Positions 47,656 to 57,757 of a stretch of DNA of 64,000 bases are shown in pieces. The stretch spans positions 31,682,001 through 31,746,000 of the forward strand of contig OZ024761.1 in assembly GCA_964016885.1 (NCBI GenBank), read 5' to 3'. The notes beneath the pieces are model-generated. The model saw only the letters and a program-made list of their open reading frames with translations, did no database searches and was not told the origin of the DNA. Every line of letters begins with the position of its first letter. Within the stretch, counting starts at the first letter, position 1. Both the position numbers and the translations under genes were made by a program. Origin of the DNA: Eledone cirrhosa. Its lineage: Eukaryota.

Positions 47656-48190
47656 GAATCGCTGGACAGTTTTCTCTCAGAATTGAGAGATCACAGCTCC
47701 GATACTATGGACCCGTGGTTAGAATGACTCAGGAAAGAATCGCTGGACAGTTTTCTCTCAGAATTGAGAGATCACAGCTCCGATACTATGAACCCGTGGT
47801 TAGAATGTCTCAGGAAAGAATCGCTGGACAGTTTTCTCTCAGAATTGAGAGATCACAGCTCCGATACTATGGGCCCGTGGTTAGAATGTCTCGGGAAAGA
47901 ATCACTGGACAGTTTTCTCTCAGAATTGAGAGATCACAGCTATGATACTATGGGCCCGTGGTTAGAATGTCTCGGGAAAGAATCGCTGGACAGATTTTAC
48001 GGGCAAAACCAACAGGCAAGAGACACAGGAGTAGACCCCGAGCAAGATGGTTGGATAACATCTATGATCTTGGCTGGTAACGCTTGGGGATCCAGCCGGA
48101 TCAATTGGAGCATAGCTGGAGCTTCTGACAGGACCCGCTGGAAGGAGTGTTTGCGGACTTTGCCCCCACGACCCTGTCAGGAATAAGTGA
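47656..48190 (+). mobile_element. RTE-clade LINE 3' fragment with a 4x 81-bp tandem duplication
   Basis: IERSQLRYYGPVVRM..ERI..GKR..RPRARWLDNI; gaatc(g/a)ctggacag at 47656, 47737, 47818, 47899, 47980. Confidence 0.85.
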
Positions 48191-48354
48191 GTGAAAAAGA
48201 TATATATATATAATAAAAAATATAGGGTTAGTTGAAGAGGAATGTGTGGACCGCATTATGGTCTGTCGGTTGTGAAGCGGATACAAAGACTTGTATATAT
48301 GGTGCACGCCGGAGCATTATATATAGAGAGAGAGAGGGGGGAGAAGGGTGTGGG

Positions 48355-48704
48355 GTTTGGTGGTAGTGTTCGTTGTATTGTTGTCGGTAGTAGTGTTGAT
48401 GGTGGTGGTTTTGTTGTTGTTGGTAGTGGTGTTGTTGTTTTGGTGGTGTTGTTGTTTTGGTGATAGTGTTGTTGTTGTTGTTGTTGATGGTGGTGGTGGT
48501 GTTGTTGTTGGTAGTGGTGTTGTTGTTTTGGTGGTGTTGTTGTTTTGGTGGTAGTGTTGTTGTTTTGGTGGTAGTGTTGTTGTTGTTGATGGTGGTGGTG
48601 GTATTGTTGTTGTTGTTTTGGTGGTAGTGTTGTTGTTGATGGTGGTGGTGGTGGTGTTGTTGTTGTTGGTAATGGTGTTGTTGATGGTGGTGGTGGTAAT
48701 GGTG

Positions 48705-48736
<32 letters not shown>

Positions 48737-49070
48737 GATGGTAGTGTTGTTGTTGGTGGTGGTGGTAGTGTTGTTGTTGTTGGTGGTAGTGTTGTTGTTG
48801 GTGGTGGTAATGTTGTTGTCGTTTTGGTGGTAGTGTTGTTGTTGATGGTGGTGGTGGTGGTGGTATTGTTGTTGTTGTTGGTAGTGGTGTTGTTGTTGTT
48901 GATGGTGGTATTGGTGGTGGTAGTAGTGTTGTTGTTGTTTTCGTGGTAGTGTTGTTGTTGTTGTTGTTGTTGTTAGTGGTGGTGGTGGTGGTGTTGTTGC
49001 TGGTGGTATTGTTGTTGTTGTTAGTGGTGGTATTGTTGTTAGTGGTGGTGGTGTTGTTGGTGGTGGTAGC
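48355..49070. repeat. (GTT/GGT)n compound trinucleotide repeat
   Basis: Direct reading. Confidence 0.95.
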
Positions 49071-49204
49071 CGTCGTTCTCGTCTTACCGAAGACTGGGTT
49101 GACTCCTGTTTTGTTAGGTTTCATTTTAAGGTCCTTGTATAACGAATGTCCTTCGCTTTACCGTCTTTCAAACTTGGTCACAAGTGAGACATCGTTCAGA
49201 ACTT

Positions 49205-49567
49205 AACCAGTGGTATATCAGTGGTATGAAATTATACAGAGCTTAGTGGTATACTGGTATGGTGAATACAGTAATACTGTGGTACAGTGGTAGGGTTGTA
49301 GGGAGTACAGTGGCACAGCTTTACGATGCTCTGCTAGTATAGTGGTATATTACCATACCACAGTGGCACGGTGGTATGTTATTACAGTGGTATACAGTGA
49401 TACAGTGGTATGTTATTGCAGTGGTATGGTGGTATACAGTGGCACAGTGGTATGTTATTTCAGTGGTATGGTGATATATAGTGGTATGGTGATATACAGT
49501 AATACAATGGTGTGGTGGTATACAGTGATACAGTAATACAGTGGTATGGTGTTCAGTGGTATGGTGG
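49205..49567. repeat. Degenerate cagtggtat-type minisatellite directly after the ZIP stop codon (3' UTR)
   Basis: Repeated acagtggtatg/gtgatatacagt motifs. Confidence 0.75.
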
Positions 49568-49702
49568 TTATGAAATACTGATGTTGTCACCGTACAGAGC
49601 CAAGATAATGACGATACTAAAACCCACAACGAGGCCAATTAGATGAAGAAAATGGATTTTCAAATCATTCATTTCACTGCTGACCGATCGCATTTCAGGA
49701 AT
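49568..49702 (-). CDS. SLC39A14: ZIP (SLC39, ZIP8/14-like) terminal exon: IPEMRSVSSEMNDLKIHFLHLIGLVVGFSIVIILALYGDNISIS*
   Basis: tttcttctttag acceptor, phase 0, PEM motif and hydrophobic TM8, TAA at 49570-49568; symbol is a best family-level guess. Confidence 0.88.
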   Translation of the reverse strand: MPEMRSVSSEMNDLKIHFLHLIGLVVGFSIVIILALYGDNISIS

Positions 49703-49744
49703 CTAAAGAAGAAATAGAAAATATATGTAACCATGTCTTTACAA

Positions 49745-50258
49745 AATACTGTTTTATTGTAAAAAACTTCAGGTGTCTTTTGTGGTTATGAAAACGGAAA
49801 GGGAAGGGAAAGGCAAGGGCTGTTGGGTCACAGAAGAATGGGTGGGGGAAGGAGAGGTTGATGGGCTCTGAGCCTAGAGTGTGGTGGTATTGTAGCTGCA
49901 CCCCGCGGACAAAACAGCAAAAGCATTCCCGCGGACAATAGCCAACGATACAAGCTGCAAAGCCATTCCACCTCGTGGGGCTCATTCCTCAGACGGGTTG
50001 CTGACGTTCTGATCTTGTGGAGGAGCTCTGCAGTATGGCGTCCAAGTACGTCTGAGGTCTCGATGTCCACCGGTACGAAGAGGGAACGGCCGTACAATCC
50101 CCGGTATTTGTTTGTCTTCCTTTGCTCTGAATTGCGGGCCGCAGTACCGGGGTTTGTAGCCGAAGCGCCTAAGTTGGGGGCGGAGAACATGTCACATGTG
50201 GCGTCCCAGATGAGGGATCTACTCCTTCGAATGGGAAGAAGGTAATTCCATCGGGGCG
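49745..50258 (-). mobile_element. Degraded 3' end of a CRE-like (restriction-like endonuclease) non-LTR retrotransposon
   Basis: RPDG..WDAT..AARNSEQRKTNKY..FVPVDIET..GNAFAVL with frameshifts; AATAAA near the 3' end; related piece at ~53290-53430. Confidence 0.7.
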
Positions 50259-50287
<29 letters not shown>

Positions 50288-50291
<4 letters not shown>

Positions 50292-50537
50292 CTGCCATGT
50301 CCTGCGTCTCCAACAGACCAGTGTCTGTCCTTAGGGCATCAAGATACGTTAACCTTGGTCTTCCTCTTCTAGTGTGTCCATGTAGGGGGTCCCAAAGGAG
50401 CACTGAGTGCAATGTCAACTCTGGATGTCGGTGAGCATGTCCAGCTAACCAGGACATGGCAGCGATAATGAGGGACAGAGACCGCTGGAGAGAACTCGTC
50501 CATGGATCTCGGGAATTTTACCCGCCTTAGAATAGAA
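50288..50537. mobile_element. RTE-like LINE 3' fragment with an inverted 5' segment
   Basis: Minus LAGHAHRH..LLW..RGRPRLTY..QDMAA continues on plus as QDMAAIMRDRDRWRELV; caggacatggcagcgat duplicated in inverted form. Confidence 0.8.
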
Positions 50538-50557
50538 TATATATATATATATACAAG

Positions 50558-50690
50558 TCCCAGGTTGAATCGGGGGTAACCACAATAAGTAAGGTACTAA
50601 ATCCATTAGTAAAGTGTAAACAACAAATTCAATATAGGAATAACTTCTACGAGAATAGAACTGTTTCAATCGAAGAAAATCCCCAGAAAA
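50558..50690 (-). mobile_element. Decayed family A element
   Basis: aaccacaataagtaaggtact..tagaactgtttcaatcgaag. Confidence 0.65.
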
Positions 50691-50774
50691 TTTGTTATAT
50701 ATAAGAAACGAAAGGAGCTGTGTAGGGAGCTGTATGGTTACTGTAAATAAAGTTTAAGATGGTAGTATGGATAA

Positions 50775-50842
<68 letters not shown>

Positions 50843-50843
<1 letters not shown>

Positions 50844-50979
50844 GTCCAGAATTAGCCGTCGAAACGGCTTGAGCTCAGCCGTCGGGGTCCTACTCGTTCC
50901 TATTACCCACTCTACTACCCTAAGTATTGAGTACTTTGGTGTGTTATGGTCCACCTGGTCCCTTACCACATTTCCTTCG

Positions 50980-50980
<1 letters not shown>
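50843..50980 (+). mobile_element. Family C element (hammerhead 3' half + tail) within (TA)n
   Basis: gccgtcGAAAcggcttgagctcagccgTCggggtc..actctactaccctaagtattgagtac. Confidence 0.75.
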
Positions 50981-51026
<46 letters not shown>

Positions 51027-51121
51027 CATATACATAGTGTCCCAAAACAATGTATACATTTATTTATTAGAATGTTGAGGAAGTATCTATACATTTTTGG
51101 CACACCCTGTATATATATGTA

Positions 51122-51163
<42 letters not shown>

Positions 51164-51346
51164 GGCGCGTTGCTGAGTGGTTGGAGAATTGGATTCGCAA
51201 TCGTGACATTGCGAGTTCGATTCCCGAACCAGGTGATGCGTTATGCTCCTTCTATCTGGAGTTGCGACCGATAGATAGTATTAGCAATTGCAAAAACCAA
51301 GGGAAACATTGTTTCCTCGGTCTGATTTGACGAAAATCGATCGACT

Positions 51347-51391
<45 letters not shown>

Positions 51392-51455
51392 GGTTATATT
51401 TAATTTGTTGGGGGGATTCAACAAGCTTTAAAATATTTGTATATATATATATATA

Positions 51456-51995
51456 TATATTATAACTGAACAAAAAATAAAAACGAACACAGACATTTAC
51501 ATATATGTGTTCAAATCGTAAAGGGCCAGAATCGCTAAGGTGAAAAAAATACTAACTAGAGACAATAGGGTTTGCCAAACTCAATTTAAGAATAAATTAA
51601 GAAAAATAAATACAAAAACCATAATTGTTGTAACAACCCTACACCCGGACAGTTTTGATAAAACTGTTTCGCAATATTATTTGTGAAAAGGATTACCAAA
51701 GTCCTAAGCTCATCAGCGGGTGAAGAAATTAGTAACCTGATCACTTCTAAATCTAATAAGGAACTGGATAACGTGTATATATGTAACGCACATGGTTCCC
51801 GAACTTAGCGTGTCTCGCACACTCGCGCCACTAAAAATAGCAGGCGAGTTTACTCGACATTTGAATTTGCTCGACGAATTAACGGAGCCGAATATATCAC
51901 TTTGTTAATCCTTAGCGGTTCTGGTCCATTACGATTTGAACACATATATATAAATGTCTGTGTTCGTTTTTCTTTCTTGTTCAGTTATAATATAT
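51456..51995. mobile_element. Fold-back element (~85-bp arms) enclosing a canonical hammerhead
   Basis: 51456-51540 vs 51910-51995 reverse complement with a few mismatches. Confidence 0.85.
51642..51722 (-). ncRNA. Canonical type I hammerhead ribozyme
   Basis: Minus: cacccg-CUGAUGA-gc[insert]gc-GAAA-caguuuu auc aaaacug-UC-cgggug; all core nucleotides and three stems intact; predicted cut between 51648 and 51647. Confidence 0.85.
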
Positions 51996-52348
51996 GGCTC
52001 GGAAAAACCTCTTTCTTAGAGCTAATTTACTGTAATGAGACTATTTTCAATTTCTAACTCAATACATACCTTGATATATATATATATAAAAATTAGGATG
52101 GATTCAGTAAGAAATTTAGGCACAAGTCCAACAATTTTGTGGAAGGGGGAAATCGACTCGAATGCGTTACTGGTACTTTATTTTATCGAACCCGTAAGGA
52201 TGAAAGGAAAAGCTAATTTCGGAGGGATTTGAACTCAGAACGTAAAGGGCCAAATCTATGCCGCAAAGCATGGTGTTCGATGCGCTACCAATTCTGACAA
52301 TCTACTCTCCTTCTTTAACTGACGATATATTATATTAAGAGGAATATA

Positions 52349-52753
52349 AGGTGGATTGGCAGTATCAGTGGAGGTCGGACGCCATGCTTCGTAGTATAGA
52401 GTTACGCCCCTTTATGATCTGAGTTCAAATCCCGCCGAGGTTAACTTTGCCTTTCATCCTTACGGGGTCGATAAAATAACGTACCAGTCACGCACTGGGG
52501 TCAATTTAATTGACTTTCCCCTCTCCCCCAAATTAATGGCCTTGTGCCTAAAGTAGAAACTATTATTCGCTTTGCAGCATAGAGTGGTGTCCCTTTACGT
52601 TCTGAGTTCAAATCCCGCCGAGGTTAGCTCTGCCTTTCATTCTTACGAGGTCGATAAAATAAAGTACCAGTCACGTACTGGGGTTGATTTAATTGACTCC
52701 CCCCCCACCCCCCAAAAAAAAATTACTGGCCTTGTGCCTATACGAGAAATCAT
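52349..52753 (+). mobile_element. Two tandem SINE family 1 copies inside one TSD; a diverged minus copy lies at ~52110-52305
   Basis: TSD aagaggaatata at 52337-52348 and 52757-52768. Confidence 0.9.
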
Positions 52754-52773
52754 ATGAAGAGGAATATACTCAC

Positions 52774-52961
52774 GATGACACCCAGTGATATATAAATAAA
52801 CAGTCCTCCTGTAGCGGCAAATATCCACGTGCTGGCCATAGTCTGCCCTCCGATCAATATACCAATAACCAGACCTAATATGCAGGTGAGGGCTGCCAGG
52901 AAGTTATACAGAAGCGCAGTCTTTATGCGAAGACCGGAACTCACCAAAATGGCGATATCAG
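52774..52961 (-). CDS. SLC39A14: ZIP exon (TM5 end to TM7): (A)DIAILVSSGLRIKTALLYNFLAALTCILGLVIGILIGGQTMASTWIFAATGGLFIYISLGVI
   Basis: atttcag acceptor, GTGAGT donor, LIV-1 motifs AL.YNFL and WIFA..GG.F.YISL. Confidence 0.93.
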
Positions 52962-53077
52962 CTGAAATATGGAAAGTAAGGATTTCATTAAAATCTGTGA
53001 ATGTCATGAAAAGCCGCTGTTGATATTATATTTAAATAATTTAATCAGTATCTAATAAAAACAAACCATGCTATTAA

Positions 53078-53285
53078 CCCTTTAGCCTTTACATTATCGT
53101 GAAAATACAATAGTAAATATAGAGTAAAGGCTTTATCTCACATAATATCGAAGCTATGCAATTTTCTTGTTATTTATTTTGAGAACAATACCTTAACATC
53201 AGTATGAGTGGCCAGTTACGGCCGGTTTGTACAGAAAGAGGTGAGAGAGTTCTAGCTGGTTACGACTGATTTAAATGCTAAAGGG
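53078..53285. mobile_element. piggyBac-type MITE
   Basis: TTAA-ccctttagc ... gctaaaggg-TTAA. Confidence 0.8.
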
Positions 53286-53454
53286 TTAAAGGGAATAGAA
53301 AGGGAAGGAAAAAGGGATGAAGCAACAAAAGAAAGGGAGAGGGGAGGAGTAGACACTACACCCCAGAACAAGTGGTACCTCGGCCTTGCTCCGCGGACAA
53401 AACGGCAAAAGCGTTACCGTATCTTTGTTTTTGTTTTTATCGGATATATATACA

Positions 53455-53569
53455 TAGATAGATAGAGATAGATATATATACATAGATAGATAGATATATA
53501 TACATAGATAGATAGACAGATAGATATAGATAGATAGATAGATAGATATACATAGATAGATAGATAGAT

Positions 53570-53624
<55 letters not shown>

Positions 53625-53647
53625 TAGATAGATAGATATACATAGAT

Positions 53648-53708
<61 letters not shown>

Positions 53709-53865
53709 CAGATAGATAGATAGATAGATAGATATACATAGATAGATAGATATACATAGATAGATAGATATACATAGATAGATAGATAGATATGCATAGA
53801 TAGATAGATAGATATGCATAGATAGATATGCATAGATAGATAGAGATAGACAGATAGATAGATAT
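53455..53865. repeat. (GATA)n/(TA)n microsatellite
   Basis: Direct reading. Confidence 0.95.
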
Positions 53866-54094
53866 ATTTCTTTATGTGCCACGATAGCATTGACAGTTCA
53901 AGGTCGCACATTTAGGTAGGAGGTGTGTGTCGGGTTTATTGTGGTCAATTATATCTTGTGCTGACCCGAAAACCGTGAGGCCGCGCATGACTGAAAGGTT
54001 TATATATATATATATATATATATATGAAACAAACAAAAGACAGGAGGCAATTTTTACAGTTACATTAGGTTCATGCTTGGTGGTATATATATAG

Positions 54095-54240
54095 TAATTG
54101 TTTCTACTTTTGGCACAAGGCCAGCAATTACCCAGTGCATTACTGGTACTTTATTTTATCGACCCCGTAAGGATGAAAGGCAAAGTTAACCTCGGCGGGA
54201 TTTGAACTCAGAATGGCAAGGACCGTAACTCTCTGCGTCA
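54095..54240 (-). mobile_element. SINE family 1, 5'-truncated
   Basis: Reverse complement of the family consensus. Confidence 0.9.
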
Positions 54241-54339
54241 TACTAATAATAATAAATGTAAAGACTAAAATCCAAAGACGGCTCGATAAGGATAAATATA
54301 TATCAAAAGCAGCGATTCTTTAATATATATATATATATA

Positions 54340-54706
54340 TACGATATTAAATAAATGGAAACTATATTTATAAAACCATATTTATTTCATTATATATATT
54401 TCAGGGATATCATATTAAAAATAGGGTATGCCTTCTTCAGACAAAATACAATATAAACAGTCTTATAAATAGATAGATTTGACATACCTTACAACTTCAA
54501 CTTCCATTTAAAAAGTTGATTTTTAAATGGAAGTTGAAATGGAAGTTGAAGTTGTAAGGTATGTCAAATCTATCTATTTATAAGACTGTTTATATTGTAT
54601 TTTGTCTGAAGAAGGCATACCATATTTTTAATATGATATCCCTGAAATATATATAATGAAATAAATATGGTTTTATAAATATAGTTTCCATTTATTTAAT
54701 ATCGTA
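54340..54706. mobile_element. Near-perfect fold-back, ~170-bp arms, with a minimal hammerhead-like motif
   Basis: 54340-54509 vs 54537-54706; CUGAAGA(54606)-agg..catatt ttt aatatg..cct-GAAA(54644)-tatata; tail tactcc..gagtg. Confidence 0.85.
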
Positions 54707-54789
54707 AATATACTCCAAATACTTGTTGAGTGCTTTTATATCAGTTATAAATATTTACTCGTTGTAACCCAACAATTTAAATAAAACTT

Positions 54790-54832
<43 letters not shown>

Positions 54833-54950
54833 GAAAAGAGTTTTCCTATTACCCACTCTACTACCCCAAGTATCGAGTACTCTGGTGCGTTATGGTCTAC
54901 CTGGTTCGTTACCACACTTTCTTCGCTATACATATATATATATATATATA

Positions 54951-55245
54951 TATAGTAATAATAATAAATGTGAAGACTACAATCCGAAGAGGGCTCGACA
55001 AGGATAATATATATATATAAATATATAAAACCATAAAGCAAATATTTATTAAAATAACAGATTAAAGTTTAAGCAAAGAATCGCTGCTTTCACCCTTAAC
55101 GGGATCTGCTGAAACTAAAAAATCAATCTGTGAACGCAGAAGTAAATATTTCGAAAAACGTTGCTTTGGTTTTTATATATTTGATATATAATTATCGAGC
55201 CCTTTTGGGATTTTAGTCTTCACATTTATTATTATTACTATATAT
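54951..55245. mobile_element. Family D fold-back element
   Basis: Terminal arms aataataaatgtgaagact.. / ..agtcttcacatttattatt; interior matches 43721-43785. Confidence 0.75.
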
Positions 55246-55728
55246 ACTGTATATATATATATATATATTTTTTTTTTTTTTAAACCGCGATAATATTGCT
55301 TTTTGCTGAACTCCTTATTGTAGAGTTTTTTTTTCGGAATGTTTTTGACTGTTGTTTCATGTAAACAAACATTCGTCTCATTCTGACGTCACCAGCCCTG
55401 TTTTTCCACATGTGCGTTTTATTTCCATAATCACGTATGATGTTAAACTAGCCTGCTTTTAAATTCTCTTTTTGGCATATTAATCAGTGAGAATTTGGCT
55501 ATCGTGTTGAGCTCTGCTGAGGATTCCAGCCGTGATCATCTCCACTGAAAGTTTTCGTGAAATAGTCTTTTCAAGACTATACAGAGCATTTGTAGTTGTT
55601 CCAAATTGAAGGATGAGTATTTTAAGCTTTATTTTATCATGAGTTAAGGCTCTATTGATTTTTCCCTAGATTTCACTAAATTCTGTTGGATAAATCTATA
55701 TCCTGATTCTTTTTGAATTGAGTTTGAA

Positions 55729-55962
55729 TTATTTTTCCCACATCTTACGTTAACTATTTTCCCATTTTGACGCTATAGTCACTTATATGTTATGTAATAC
55801 TTTGGGCTTCTTGCTACAATACTTTTTATACCTTTCATGTATATATATATAAATGAAAGGTATAGAAAGTATTGTAGCAAGAAGCCAACAGTATTCCATA
55901 ATATATAAGTGACTATAGCGTCAAAATGGGAAAATAGTTAATGTAAGATGTGGGAAAAATAA
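55729..55962. mobile_element. Fold-back, ~110-bp arms around a short (TA)n; second small one at 55982-56070
   Basis: ttatttttcccacatcttac...acctttcat vs atgaaaggt...gtaagatgtgggaaaaataa. Confidence 0.85.
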
Positions 55963-56004
55963 AGAGCTATATATGAAGCTAATAGTAAAGAGCTATATAT
56001 AAAG

Positions 56005-56046
<42 letters not shown>

Positions 56047-56162
56047 CCTCATATATAGCTATTTACTATACGTAGAGCACTCTTCTTTCCTTTACCTTTT
56101 ATACGGAAATACTTAACATTATATAGATGTGTGTGTGTATATATATATTATATATATATGTG

Positions 56163-56204
<42 letters not shown>

Positions 56205-56224
56205 ATATAGTTTTAATATAGAAG

Positions 56225-56275
56225 AGATTCTACAGGACTAGAACTGTTTCATTCATTAGAAATCATCAGGAATCT
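56225..56275 (-). ncRNA. Type I hammerhead ribozyme, family A (mirror copy, sense to the ZIP pre-mRNA)
   Basis: Exact reverse complement of 56547-56597. Confidence 0.78.
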
Positions 56276-56546
56276 GGGGATCAAAAAATAAATATGGTAT
56301 TTATAGGTCTCTACAAGTGGTAGGAGAGGGTGGGGAGTGGGATGGGTGCAGGTCATTGGTTGATAGAGAAGGGAATTCATTAAAGGCTAATTCTACATAG
56401 CTATAGTTAATTTATATTTATTTATGTAGAATTAGCCTTTAATGAATTCCCTTCTCTATCAACCAATGACCTGCACCCATCCCACTCCCCACCCTCTCCT
56501 ACCACTTGTAGAGACCTATAAATACCATATTTATTTTTTGATCCCC

Positions 56547-56597
56547 AGATTCCTGATGATTTCTAATGAATGAAACAGTTCTAGTCCTGTAGAATCT
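56547..56597 (+). ncRNA. Type I hammerhead ribozyme, family A
   Basis: agauuc-CUGAUGA-u uuc uaau gaa u-GAAA-cag uucuaguc cug-UA-gaaucu; 6-bp stem I; predicted cut after 56591. Confidence 0.8.
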
Positions 56598-56689
56598 CTT
56601 CTATATTAAAACTATTATACTCTGCTATGTATTGAGTACCTTACTTACTGTGGTTACCTCCGATTCAACCCGGAATAACGTATATATAT

Positions 56690-56722
<33 letters not shown>

Positions 56723-56755
56723 CATAAGTTGTCCAACATTATATGAGAAAGTATA

Positions 56756-56945
56756 GGGCGGTGGATTGGCAGTATCGGTAGAGGGTCGGACGCCATGCTT
56801 TCCAGCATAGTTACGTCCCTTTACGATCTGAGTTCAAATCCCGCCGAGGTTGACTTTGCCTTTCATTCTTACGGGGTCGATAAAATAAAGTACCAGTAAT
56901 GCACTGGGTAATTGCTGGCCTTGTGCCTAAAGTAGAAACAATTAT
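56756..56945 (+). mobile_element. SINE family 1, full length with 17-bp TSD
   Basis: TSD attatatgagaaagtat at 56738-56754 and 56941-56957. Confidence 0.93.
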
Positions 56946-56963
56946 ATGAGAAAGTATTCTTAC

Positions 56964-57210
56964 CGAGTTCGTGCGGTAGTTCCTCGCAGATCACTGCTAA
57001 CGAGATACTGAATCCTGTTGTAATATCTGTACTGAAGGCTGCTCCCATTGAAACGCCGTCCAGAAAGTTGTGAAGCATGTCTCCAATAAGCACTACCCAG
57101 CCGACTGTTCCTGGGGAATTTGAACGGTGGACCTCGTGTGAATGGCCATGTTTCTGACCTGAGTTGTTCATCATTGGTTGGTTGTGCAATTCTACATCTT
57201 TTGGTGGAGC
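56964..57210 (-). CDS. SLC39A14: ZIP exon (His loop, TM4, TM5): APPKDVELHNQPMMNNSGQKHGHSHEV...GDMLHNFLDGVSMGAAF...AVICEELPHEL
   Basis: ttttgtccag acceptor, GTAAG donor in phase 1; HNF.DG and EExPHE motifs typical of ZIP8/ZIP14. Confidence 0.95.
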
Positions 57211-57567
57211 CTGGACAAAATAATTCTGAGATTGTTTTTTGGGGGCGGCCCGGAAATAGATTTACGGCAGGTTGTGGGGCAGCGTGGGATGGGGCGGTTA
57301 ATATTGATGGACGTGACGTCGGGTGGGGGTTAATATTGATGAGTGTAGGGGGGAGGTAATAGAGTTGGTGTGGGGTGGCAGTGGGGTAACAATGAGCGAT
57401 GTGGAGTTGGGTGAAAAAGGTGGTGGTGGGAGTGTTAGAGGAGGTGGTGGTGGTGGGTGGGAGGTAATAGAGGTGTTGATCGTGGTGTGATAATGGCGTG
57501 TGGTGTGGCGGGGCGTATAGTGGAGGTGATGATGATGATGGTGGGTTTGGTTGATGGGGTGGTTAAT

Positions 57568-57730
57568 AATTATTTCTACTTTTGGCACAAGGCCAGCAAT
57601 TATACTAGTACATTACTGGTACTCTATTTTATCGACCCTGTAAGGATGAAAGGCAAAGTTAACCGCCACGGGATTTTAACTCAGACTATAAAGGGCCGTA
57701 ACTCTTTGCTGCTAAGCATGGCGTCCGACC
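57568..57730 (-). mobile_element. SINE family 1 (diverged)
   Basis: Reverse complement of the family consensus. Confidence 0.85.
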
Positions 57731-57757
57731 CTGTAATAATTGTTTCTACTTTGAGCA

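Larger units (their letters stand above)
56207..56680. mobile_element. Young family A element: apparently perfect 193-bp inverted arms, 23-nt spacer, 3' tail
   Basis: 56207-56399 vs 56423-56615; tail tactctgctatgtattgagtaccttacttactgtgg. Confidence 0.92.

Noticed and set aside
48228-49124. 298-aa Q/H/T/N-rich ORF
   Set aside because: Trinucleotide repeat translation downstream of the ZIP stop codon
51163-51250. tRNA-like sequence with A/B boxes
   Set aside because: Continues into SINE family 2 body and lacks a proper acceptor stem; SINE head rather than a tRNA gene
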